Virus record (IMG/VR): IMGVR_UViG_2974513524_000001 | Location: 1 to 64,000 of that record | Origin: a virus | Taxonomy: Duplodnaviria; Caudoviricetes | Length of the DNA stretch: 64,000 bases | Reading direction: 5' to 3' (one strand) | Part shown: positions 1 to 7,602 of the stretch, one piece after another | How positions within the stretch are numbered: the stretch's first letter is position 1 | Layout of the letters: the number at the start of each line of letters is the position of its first letter | Notes under the pieces: generated by a model | Told to the model about the DNA's origin: nothing | Databases searched by the model: none | The model's input: the letters and a program-made list of their open reading frames with translations, nothing else | Program-made: the position numbers and the translations under genes

Positions 1-9
1 TATGACCTT

Positions 10-1335
10 ATGACCAACAAGGCAACGTCTACATTCATGGAAGACTTTAGCGAGAAGCTGGGTATGCGGGCAGATATGTCCAACATGCATACCATTCTTA
101 CCATGGACAAAGAAACAGCACTGGCCGTTATTGAATATCGACTGTACTGCGAGAAACTGGCTGATGAAATGCCAGCGCATGAAGAACAGAAAAAGGCAGA
201 GCTGTCGCACCGTTACTTCAAGGCACTTAAAGCCGCAGGTGCATATGCATTCATTGATGGATCTCCGACCCTGACCATGGGGCACTTCGAGAACGCAGTA
301 AAGCTGGCCGAAGCCAGTGGTAAAGCGTTTGAAATGTTGCTTTCCCGTGATCGTTCGTACGTCAAACTGGCCAATTACTTGGCAGCAGTTGGCACACCTT
401 GTACTCAACCAGACCTGATGGAGGACTTACCGTTCTTCAAAGGTTCCAATGGTGCACGAGCAGACATGATTTCTATGGCTGTCGCGTGGGGTTACAAGAA
501 CAACATCATTATCAAGAAATCCTATGATGATGGTGTTGAATTTATCAGTGGTGAGGCACTTAAGCCTACTGATCTCAACAAGCTCATTGTGTCCTACACA
601 CGAAACCATGACATGACTTCTGGTTACCAAAACCAGCATGCTCCATGGGACCAGTTACCCAAACTGGTGAACGCACCTGGCTTCCACTGGCTTAATCACC
701 ACGTGCAAGGCGGGTATCGTAACGAGGAAAATGCTGTGCCTGGGTTCAACATGATTGTGTTGGATATTGATGGCACCATGAACCTCAAGGCTGCGAAGAA
801 CCTGCTTAAGGACTACAAAGCCTTGTACTACACCACCAAGAGCCACACTGACGAAGTGAACCGATTCCGTATAGTCCTGCCTATCAACTATGAGTTGAAG
901 CTGGACCGGAAGGAGTACACGGAGTTCATGAAGAACGTAATGAGTTCGTTACCATTTGCTGTAGATGAGTCTTGTGCCCATCGCTGCAAGAAGTGGCTAT
1001 CACACGATCAACTGTGTGAAGTAACTGACGGTGACTTGTTCGACGTTCTGCCTTTCATCCCGAAAACCAGTAAGGATGATGAGCGTAAAGCTCGACTGGC
1101 CACACAAGGCCAGCTGGATAACTGGGAACGTTGGATTCTCAACAATTCCGGTGACGGTAACCGCAACACTATGTTGCACCGTTACGCCATGTCCCTTGTG
1201 GACAATGGGTTCCAGCTCCAGCAAGTGCTGGATAAGGTCAAGGAGTTGAACTCCAAAATGCCTGACAAGCTTGAGGAAATCGAGTTGATGAACACTGTGT
1301 TCGTCACCGTAACCAAGGCTTTGCAAGGCAAATAG
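10..1335 (+). CDS. DNA primase, N4 gp43-like (N-terminus probably truncated by the window edge)
   Basis: AEP-like motifs LDIDG and YTTKSH..RFRIVLP, C-terminal PriCT-like GNRNTMLHRYA; directly upstream of the gp44-SSB-resolvase block as in N4. Confidence 0.85.
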   Translation: MTNKATSTFMEDFSEKLGMRADMSNMHTILTMDKETALAVIEYRLYCEKLADEMPAHEEQKKAELSHRYFKALKAAGAYAFIDGSPTLTMGHFENAVKLAEASGKAFEMLLSRDRSYVKLANYLAAVGTPCTQPDLMEDLPFFKGSNGARADMISMAVAWGYKNNIIIKKSYDDGVEFISGEALKPTDLNKLIVSYTRNHDMTSGYQNQHAPWDQLPKLVNAPGFHWLNHHVQGGYRNEENAVPGFNMIVLDIDGTMNLKAAKNLLKDYKALYYTTKSHTDEVNRFRIVLPINYELKLDRKEYTEFMKNVMSSLPFAVDESCAHRCKKWLSHDQLCEVTDGDLFDVLPFIPKTSKDDERKARLATQGQLDNWERWILNNSGDGNRNTMLHRYAMSLVDNGFQLQQVLDKVKELNSKMPDKLEEIELMNTVFVTVTKALQGK

Positions 1336-1338
1336 GTG

Positions 1339-1361
1339 TGAGGCCCACTCCGTGGGCTTCA
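1339..1361 (+). promoter_or_regulatory. Triloop DNA hairpin (C-TCC-G class), candidate vRNAP-type promoter
   Basis: TGAGGCCCAC-TCC-GTGGGCTTCA; the template strand has a C-GGA-G loop like N4 early promoters. Confidence 0.5.
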
Positions 1362-1386
1362 TTGATATCTATCACAGGGAATCTAA

Positions 1387-2106
1387 ATGAATGACCACCT
1401 GTTACTTATCGTAGGCAAATCTGCCACCGGTAAGTCAGCTTCACTGCGTGCTCTCACGAATCCTGAGCGTACGATGTACCTGAACACGGAGGCTGGCAAG
1501 AAACTGCCATTCCCCTCCAAGTTCAAATGGGATAAAACAGTAACCGACCCTATGCAGGTGTTCGAAGCATTCGACGTGGCTGAAACGCTGCCAGATTGCG
1601 ACACCATCATCGTTGACAGCCTCACTTTCCTTCTGGACATGTACGAATCCAAGTACGTGAAGGGTGCAGTTGACGGGCGAGCAGCTTGGGGTAACTTCGC
1701 AGAGTTCTTCAAATCTCTGATGCAAGAGAAGGTTGCTAAATCCACCAAGACCGTGATCTTCACTGCCCACACTTCGGACAAGTACAACGAGTCCGAGATG
1801 CTGATGGAAACGTCAGTACCTGTGAAGGGTTCCTTGAAGAACAACGGCATCGAAGCCTACTTCACCACTGTGATTGCGACCAAAAAGGTCAAGATCGCTG
1901 ATCTGGATGAGACCTCACCTCTGTTAACCATCACAGATAAAGAGCGTCGGCTGGGCTTCAAATACGTTTTCCAAACCGACATTACTGCCAGTACGATCAA
2001 CGAACGCATTCGTGGTCCTATGGCGATGTGGGAAGAAAACGAGGTATACATCGACAACAACGTTCAGTTGGTTATCGACCGCTTCAAGAAGTATTACGGT
2101 CAATAG
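1387..2106 (+). CDS. P-loop ATPase, N4 gp44-like (Sak4/AAA_24-type recombination protein)
   Basis: Walker A GKSATGKS, Walker B IIVDSLT; lies between primase and SSB. Confidence 0.85.
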   Translation: MNDHLLLIVGKSATGKSASLRALTNPERTMYLNTEAGKKLPFPSKFKWDKTVTDPMQVFEAFDVAETLPDCDTIIVDSLTFLLDMYESKYVKGAVDGRAAWGNFAEFFKSLMQEKVAKSTKTVIFTAHTSDKYNESEMLMETSVPVKGSLKNNGIEAYFTTVIATKKVKIADLDETSPLLTITDKERRLGFKYVFQTDITASTINERIRGPMAMWEENEVYIDNNVQLVIDRFKKYYGQ

Positions 2107-2121
2107 ACTGCCTCCGGCAGT
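2107..2121 (+). promoter_or_regulatory. Triloop DNA hairpin (C-TCC-G class) upstream of SSB
   Basis: ACTGCC-TCC-GGCAGT followed by TCTTGG. Confidence 0.45.
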
Positions 2122-2158
2122 TCTTGGCTTCGTAATATCAATCGTTTCAGGAGACTAA

Positions 2159-2920
2159 ATGTCCAATCCGTTTGCAAGTACAGCTAATACCGCCGGTGAA
2201 AAAATCGGTGGTGAATCCGACCGTCTCGGTGGTTTCCGCGTCTACGACACTGATGTCTACGAAGCGACCATCAAGAACGCCTATGCCGGTAAATCCGACG
2301 GTGGCGCAGCCAACATGACCTTTGAGGTCGAGATGGCAGACGGCAGCAAATACAGCTGGGTTGAGTGGGTAACGTCGGGTAACGAGAAAGGCAACCTGCC
2401 GTACTACATCAACAAACAGTCGGGCGAGAAAGAATATCTCCCTGGCTTCAACCGCTTCAACGCAATTGCACTGATGACTGCTGGTAAAGAGCCTGCTGCA
2501 CTGGTGTTCGAAGAAAAACATGTGAAGATCTACAGCTACGCTGCCAAGGCCGAAGTTCCTACTCCGGTGCAGGTTGCGGTCGAGCTGCTGGGCAAGAAAA
2601 TCTTGCTGGGCATCGAGAAGCACAAGGTCAACAAGCAGGTCAAATCCGGCAAGCAACTGCCTAATGGCAAAGACGAATACGTCGATGGACCTGAAGCCCG
2701 CGAAGTAAACGAAGTCTCGAAAGTGTTCCACTTCGAAACCCGTCGTACTTTGCAGGAAGCCATTGCCAAACTGGACGCTGGCGTATTCATCGATAAGTGG
2801 ACCGAAGCCAACAAAGGCAAGGTCAAAGATAAGATGAAGCCAGTTGCTGGCGGTGCTACCGCAGGCGCTCCAAATGCCAGTGGCGGTAGCGACAAGCCAA
2901 CCGCCTCGCTGTTCTCGTAA
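2159..2920 (+). CDS. Single-stranded DNA-binding protein, N4 gp45 (N4SSB)-like
   Basis: Synteny; DRLGG, YLPGF, NEVSKVF motifs and a flexible tail ending SLFS; SD GGAG. Confidence 0.85.
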   Translation: MSNPFASTANTAGEKIGGESDRLGGFRVYDTDVYEATIKNAYAGKSDGGAANMTFEVEMADGSKYSWVEWVTSGNEKGNLPYYINKQSGEKEYLPGFNRFNAIALMTAGKEPAALVFEEKHVKIYSYAAKAEVPTPVQVAVELLGKKILLGIEKHKVNKQVKSGKQLPNGKDEYVDGPEAREVNEVSKVFHFETRRTLQEAIAKLDAGVFIDKWTEANKGKVKDKMKPVAGGATAGAPNASGGSDKPTASLFS

Positions 2921-2929
2921 GGACCAACC

Positions 2930-3478
2930 ATGACCGATAAAGCAGAGCAGGAACTGGAAACCAAGTTGCAAGACTTGGGATTGACCAGTGCACCTCGCGT
3001 AACCCCGGCCATGGTTGACGCCATGATCGAACGCACCGAGTACATCATGTTGCCCGGTGATAACCACATGATCTGCAAGCTCTACCTCTTTGGTGGGCGC
3101 TTCACGGTCACTGGTGAAAGTTCGACTGTATCGAAGGAAAACTTCGATCCAAAGATTGGCGAAGAACTCAGCTTGCGTAATGCCCGTAATAAGCTCTGGC
3201 CACTGGCTGGTGCCATCCTGGCTTACGACCTGCAACATCACCGCGCTCCACTTCCACCTGAAGTCCTGGCTCTGCCAGAAGACGTACAGCTGGTTGTGGT
3301 AGAGCTGAACCAGGTAATGTCCCGGCTGAAAGCACTGGGACCACTGGTTGCCAACGAAAAAGAACTTTTTGCCGCTGGCGTATCACAAGAAGAAGTGCAA
3401 CTGCTGAAAGAGCAGTTCACCTTCATGTCCGGGTATAGCGAAACCCTACAAAAGCGCTTGGCGCGAATCGGCCTGTAA
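2930..3478 (+). CDS. N4 gp49/Sf6 gp66-family domain fused to a T4 Y16Q/crAss001_48-like helical domain (candidate nucleotide-signal sponge)
   Basis: APRVTP..FTVTGES..S.ENFD..IG......NA..KLWPL.G motif, then LLKEQFTFMSGYSETLQKRL. Confidence 0.7.
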   Translation: MTDKAEQELETKLQDLGLTSAPRVTPAMVDAMIERTEYIMLPGDNHMICKLYLFGGRFTVTGESSTVSKENFDPKIGEELSLRNARNKLWPLAGAILAYDLQHHRAPLPPEVLALPEDVQLVVVELNQVMSRLKALGPLVANEKELFAAGVSQEEVQLLKEQFTFMSGYSETLQKRLARIGL

Positions 3479-4044
3479 TGGCAATCCTTAAGGTCTTGGG
3501 GATGGACCCTTCACTTCGAAACTGGGGAATTGCAGCCGGTACTCTGGATACGGAGACCGGAAAGCTAACAGTGAAGCATGTGAAAGTGATCCAATCCGTA
3601 ATTCCCGAAGGTAAGCAAGTTCGACAGAACTCAAAGGATTTATCAGCCGCTCAACAAATCATGGCTGGGATTCTTCCATATCTGAATGAAAAGCCGCACC
3701 TAATTTTCGCTGAGGTGCCTGTGGGAAGCCAGTCCGCAAGGGCTATGGCTTCCTATGGCCTATGTGTGGGTATTCTAGGTTCGATCCGAGCCTTAGGTAT
3801 CCCTTTCTTTGAAGTCACCCCCAACGAAGTCAAAATGGCTACAGTTGGAACGAAGACTGCAACTAAAGATCAGATGATTGCATACGCTACCCGCGAGCAA
3901 CCTGATGCAAATTGGCCTATGCGTGGTGGCGTCCTATCAGCAGCTAAAGCAGAACATATGGCAGACGCCTATGCCGCTATCGTTGCTGGTTTGAACACAA
4001 ACGAATATCTTCAACTCGCTGCTATGCAGCAAACGAAAGGATAA
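3478..4044 (+). CDS. RuvC-like Holliday junction resolvase, N4 gp46-like
   Basis: GMDPSLRNWG, FAEVP, KDQMI, EHMADA acidic motifs of the RuvC fold. Confidence 0.85.
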   Translation: MAILKVLGMDPSLRNWGIAAGTLDTETGKLTVKHVKVIQSVIPEGKQVRQNSKDLSAAQQIMAGILPYLNEKPHLIFAEVPVGSQSARAMASYGLCVGILGSIRALGIPFFEVTPNEVKMATVGTKTATKDQMIAYATREQPDANWPMRGGVLSAAKAEHMADAYAAIVAGLNTNEYLQLAAMQQTKG

Positions 4045-4524
4045 ATGATGCAAATCAAACTGACTGAAGTGGATATCCGTGCAGGTATTGCACTGTATCT
4101 GACCGACCGTGGTATTACCGGCGTCACTGCCGATAACCTGCAAGTCACCTTCACCGCTGGCCGTAAAGGCTCTGGTCTGACCGCTGACGTGGTAACCAAT
4201 CCATCGCAGAATGGTCAGGGCAAAGCTCAAGGCTCAGCACCAGTTCAAGCCAAGGAGAAATCCTCGGCTGACCTGCCTAAGCAATTGGGCGGTACTGCTG
4301 GTGAAACCTCCGGCGTAGCCGGTGCCGACGAAGCTGCCAAGAAATTGGAAGCTGAACGTCAAGAAGCTGATGCCAAAGCTCAACAAGCTGCCAAGGGTAA
4401 CGCCCCTGAAGTAGCTCCTGAGAAGGGCATCGAATCGCCACTGACTGAAGAACAGCCTGCCGCTCCGGTAGCTGAACAGAAGCCACAGGGCGATGCTCCA
4501 GAAGGCGGTAGCCTGTTCAGCTAA
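4045..4524 (+). CDS. Conserved-position hypothetical protein with a long disordered tail ending SLFS
   Basis: ORF with SD; short globular N-terminus followed by an A/E/Q/P-rich tail. Confidence 0.7.
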   Translation: MMQIKLTEVDIRAGIALYLTDRGITGVTADNLQVTFTAGRKGSGLTADVVTNPSQNGQGKAQGSAPVQAKEKSSADLPKQLGGTAGETSGVAGADEAAKKLEAERQEADAKAQQAAKGNAPEVAPEKGIESPLTEEQPAAPVAEQKPQGDAPEGGSLFS

Positions 4525-4546
4525 TAACTGAACTGGTTTAACAGAT

Positions 4547-4570
4547 AGCCCGACTAGTTCGGGCTTTTTG
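4547..4570 (+). terminator. Intrinsic terminator
   Basis: AGCCCGA-CTAGT-TCGGGCT followed by TTTT. Confidence 0.75.
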
Positions 4571-4581
4571 TTGGAGGTTAC

Positions 4582-5112
4582 ATGTCCAAAGCAGTATTAA
4601 AGCATTGGTACATCGCATCATTCATGGTCCAACATCCTGGCTTGTGGGTTCCCACTAGCTTTGTGTTTGGCTTAGAAGAAATGGGTGTAACTATTGCTGA
4701 TCTGCACCGTGCTAAACATGAAAACAATGTTCCTGAGAATTCAGTAATCATTGCAGTGTCTTACCTTGGCTTCAAAACCAATAAGGCAATGCAAGGTTTA
4801 CCGGATATCGATCCACCAACTGAACCTTCTGAGAAATTCAAAGAAGGTATGGTTGCTGCGATTAAGTATGTGGAATCGGATTCAAATCCTATTCTTAATC
4901 CTTACTCGCTTAACCCGGATAACGATCCTCAGCTCATGCACGATGCTGATGAGTGGAATCGTGGTTATCGTACTGTGCGAACTTCGCATTACGATCCCAA
5001 GTACGATACTGCTAAGCCAATGGTGCCAACTGTGCATAAAGAACAGTTGCCATCTACGCCGCAGAAAGAAGCTGTTAAAACTCCTTCTGAAGTCACGAAG
5101 AACACCAAGTAA
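4582..5112 (+). CDS. Hypothetical protein
   Basis: 176-aa ORF with SD GGAGG; contains an NPY..EWNRGY element. Confidence 0.7.
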   Translation: MSKAVLKHWYIASFMVQHPGLWVPTSFVFGLEEMGVTIADLHRAKHENNVPENSVIIAVSYLGFKTNKAMQGLPDIDPPTEPSEKFKEGMVAAIKYVESDSNPILNPYSLNPDNDPQLMHDADEWNRGYRTVRTSHYDPKYDTAKPMVPTVHKEQLPSTPQKEAVKTPSEVTKNTK

Positions 5113-5119
5113 TCACCCC

Positions 5120-5990
5120 TCAGAGACAACTGAGTTATCAAACCCGTAACAGCTTTGCCTCTTTGGCAACAGTCTGTATCGGAGGTAAGCCTTCTGGTTC
5201 CGTACCCGGCGAACTGTTGTGAGCTGTTCTTTATGCGATGTATTTTGTGAATACTGATTGCTAGTATCCTAAGAGACCAGGTTGTGATGTGAGCCTTTGG
5301 CCGTCATGTGAATAATTCCGGGCAGAGAACGAATCTATGGATCACAACAATCCTCATGCGAAGTGGCTTATAAGCAACGACTGGTAGGTTGGATACCTAC
5401 ATACTGGAAGGCTTCCCTCCGATGCAGAATGATCTGCATCATTCCTTTATTTACTTAAGCAAAAAGAACGTAAAGGATCTCTCTAGAAAATCGAATTAAA
5501 GCGCGGCGTTCTGAGAGTGATACACCCTCAATAGGCTACGAGTTAGTAGCAGAAAAAATGCTTGATACACAATCTAAGCCCGTTCCTCGAAGTCCGGGTA
5601 GTTTGCGTGAGCAAAATAATAGCTAGCGCTATTAGGCATATCGGTGATTCAAAAAGAAATGTTTGTGGCTACGAAAGTAGCAAAACAGGACGAGTTGGTT
5701 AAGAACTTAGTTCTGCGCGTGAACCGGAAACCATGTGAAGTGGTGCTTCACCCGATTTAACCGCCACCGCAAGCTGACCGAAAGGAGGTTTGTAACTAGG
5801 AGGTTATATCGGTGGGTACATAGTAGTTGCTGGTGTAAGTACGGGGTTCGATTCCCTGACTTGTCTCTTTTGGCAGGTAGGCTTTGGTAGCAATTAAGAC
5901 TTAGAACTAGAGGTTCGATTCCTCTCGCTATTATGTCCCCAACCGATGTAACCATCGACTGTCGTTGTAAAAAATACTTCCTATAGGAGC
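5120..5990 (+). ncRNA. Candidate large structured non-coding RNA (class unknown; compare ROOL/GOLLD)
   Basis: ~880 nt without a credible ORF in a gene-dense genome; 26-nt long-range duplex 5173-5198/5403-5428 with G-U pairs; many hairpins with GNRA loops; T-loop motifs. Boundaries approximate. Confidence 0.65.
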
Positions 5991-5996
5991 TACACC

Positions 5997-6593
5997 GTGT
6001 CCAATGCAAACCGTATCCACCTGTTGTCCCTCGCTGCTGGCACTCTTGGCCATATCGCCAATGAGTACAACAACGATGACGCCCGCTCAGCTCTCAAAGC
6101 TGTACTGGCTGATATCACCTCGTTAACCGAATCCGGTGCAGTTAAATTGACTGGCGAAGTCAACGTGGGCCCTGAAAAACCATCGTCGTACAAGAACGAC
6201 GAAGTACGCGCCACTGCTGGCCCTGAGCCAGAGCTGAGCGTAAAAACTCCGTGCGGCTGTGGTGATCCGTCCTGTGCCCTGATCGATGTGATCCTGGGCA
6301 ATCGCAGCGACTTCACCATCGAAAGCCTGCTGGTTTCCTTCAAGCAGGACTTCAACTCTAGTGAAGTTGCCACCATTGTGATCGACGCAATCGAGCGTGT
6401 TCAACAAGGTGTCCAATCCGGCGAGCTGAAGCCAAGCCTGGAATCGGCCAAGCGTCTGATCGAGCTGGCAGAAGAAGGCAAGAAGTTCGACGCTGAAGTT
6501 CGCGCTTCCAAAGGCCCACAATTTCACGTTGTGCGCAGCACTGCCGACTTCGAAAGCCTGCTGAACGAAATCTTCGGCAAAAAAGGCCAGTGA
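5997..6593 (+). CDS. Hypothetical protein with a CGCGDPSC motif
   Basis: SD AGGAG, GTG start, C-ending codon bias. Confidence 0.75.
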   Translation: MSNANRIHLLSLAAGTLGHIANEYNNDDARSALKAVLADITSLTESGAVKLTGEVNVGPEKPSSYKNDEVRATAGPEPELSVKTPCGCGDPSCALIDVILGNRSDFTIESLLVSFKQDFNSSEVATIVIDAIERVQQGVQSGELKPSLESAKRLIELAEEGKKFDAEVRASKGPQFHVVRSTADFESLLNEIFGKKGQ

Positions 6594-6916
6594 GTAATAC
6601 CCCACAGGGTATGCTCCCAGGCGACGAGTTCTCGCTACCAGACTGGGCGCAAGCTCAGTCGCGCAAGAAGAATGCACTGACTATTCCGGTAGAAGTGCAG
6701 GAAGCGATTGATAATCTGCTTTCAGTATGTGAAACCCACGGTGTACCTGTATTGACAGCTGTAGAAGGCTGTCAGGGTGTAGCCATGGATTCATCACTAG
6801 GCGTAGATCCGTCAATCGTATCTGCTGAAATGCTTATGTCACGTGCCATGCTCAGTAATAATCCTGAACATGTAATGCATGTGGCTATGGCACAGATGCA
6901 GGGTATGAAACCTTAA
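6590..6916 (+). CDS. Hypothetical protein
   Basis: GTGA overlap with the upstream stop. Confidence 0.7.
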   Translation: MSNTPQGMLPGDEFSLPDWAQAQSRKKNALTIPVEVQEAIDNLLSVCETHGVPVLTAVEGCQGVAMDSSLGVDPSIVSAEMLMSRAMLSNNPEHVMHVAMAQMQGMKP

Positions 6917-6928
6917 CCAAGGAACCGC

Positions 6929-7165
6929 ATGAAGAACGCCCTATGGGTGCTAGCCTGCATTTCTGTTGTCGTAGGAGTAATCCTCGCGATAGTCACAGTA
7001 TGGTTTGCCGTAGGACTTATTCTAAGGATCATCGGTTTCTTTGTAGCCATTATTGGCTTCATATTAATCGTTGCATTCGTAGTCTGGAGTTGGTGGACCG
7101 AATGTGTGGTTGAGCCGTACCTGCTGAAGCGTAAGCTAAAGCAGCAAAAGAATAAGCCCCAGTAA
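6929..7165 (+). CDS. Small membrane protein (two hydrophobic segments, basic tail)
   Basis: Hydrophobic sequence; SD AAGGA. Confidence 0.7.
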   Translation: MKNALWVLACISVVVGVILAIVTVWFAVGLILRIIGFFVAIIGFILIVAFVVWSWWTECVVEPYLLKRKLKQQKNKPQ

Positions 7166-7180
7166 TGGGGCTTGTTTTAT
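7151..7180 (+). terminator. Intrinsic terminator
   Basis: AATAAGCCCCA-GTAA-TGGGGCTTGTT followed by TTATT. Confidence 0.7.
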
Positions 7181-7184
7181 TAGT

Positions 7185-7261
7185 AGGTCATTAGCTCAAC
7201 AGGATAGAGCAGCTGCCTTCTAAGCGGACGTACACGGGTTCGAGTCCCGTATGACCTGCCA
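7185..7261 (+). tRNA. tRNA-Arg(UCU)
   Basis: Acceptor AGGTCAT/ATGACCT, D arm GCTC..GAGC, anticodon loop CT-TCT-AA, T arm ACGGG-TTCGAGT-CCCGT, encoded CCA. Confidence 0.9.
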
Positions 7262-7375
7262 TATCTATAACGAAGTCAGTCTGGCTGATGAGGTGAGAAT
7301 TAGAGACTCTTTCCGCAGCGTTTCAGGGGGTGGCCAGTAACACGGACAACCTAACAGACTGACCCCGTATAGATA
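7262..7375 (+). ncRNA. Candidate ~115-nt structured RNA between tRNAs
   Basis: Nested stems TATCTATA/TATAGATA, GTCAGTCTG/CAGACTGAC, AGGT/ACCT, TCCG/CGGA. Confidence 0.5.
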
Positions 7376-7382
7376 CATACAT

Positions 7383-7453
7383 GCCCAAAGTAGCTCAGAT
7401 GGTAGAGCACTCTTAGCCGAGAAGGTCAGTGGTTCGAATCCACTCTGAGGGCA
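7383..7453 (+). tRNA. Atypical tRNA-like element with a shrunken anticodon arm (no assignable anticodon)
   Basis: Canonical D arm TAGCTCAGATGGTAGAGCA and T arm AGTGG-TTCGAAT-CCACT; anticodon region only CTC-TTAGCC-GAG; acceptor has two mismatches; no CCA. Confidence 0.6.
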
Positions 7454-7461
7454 CTTATTAT

Positions 7462-7597
7462 GGGTGGTTTAGCTCAGTTGGTAGAGCACTAGAGCCAAAA
7501 AAGATCGTTTCTACGTAAGTAGACCCTAACGGGGGCAAAGCCAACGATCCGATCTTTGAGAGCCAGAGGTCGCCGGTTCAAGTCCGGCAACCACCCA
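7462..7597 (+). ncRNA. tRNA-like RNA with a structured insertion replacing the anticodon loop
   Basis: Perfect 8-bp acceptor GGGTGGTT/AACCACCC, canonical D and T arms, ~78 nt between D arm and variable loop containing a four-way junction. Confidence 0.75.
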
Positions 7598-7602
7598 ACC
7601 TT

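Noticed and set aside
5120-5990. CRISPR mini-array, tmRNA or retron msr-msd as the explanation of the gap
   Set aside because: No regularly spaced direct repeats, no tag reading frame with tmRNA ends, and no reverse transcriptase in the window
5707-6009. 100-aa minus-strand ORF in the structured region
   Set aside because: Opposite to local transcription, no SD, overlaps plus-strand RNA structures
7285-7350. CTGATGA suggesting a hammerhead ribozyme core
   Set aside because: No correctly placed GAAA and stem II could be found; kept only as an unknown structured RNA
7489-7566. Group I or archaeal-type intron in the tRNA-like gene
   Set aside because: Too short for a group I core, no bulge-helix-bulge seen, and no excision I tried restores a clean anticodon arm
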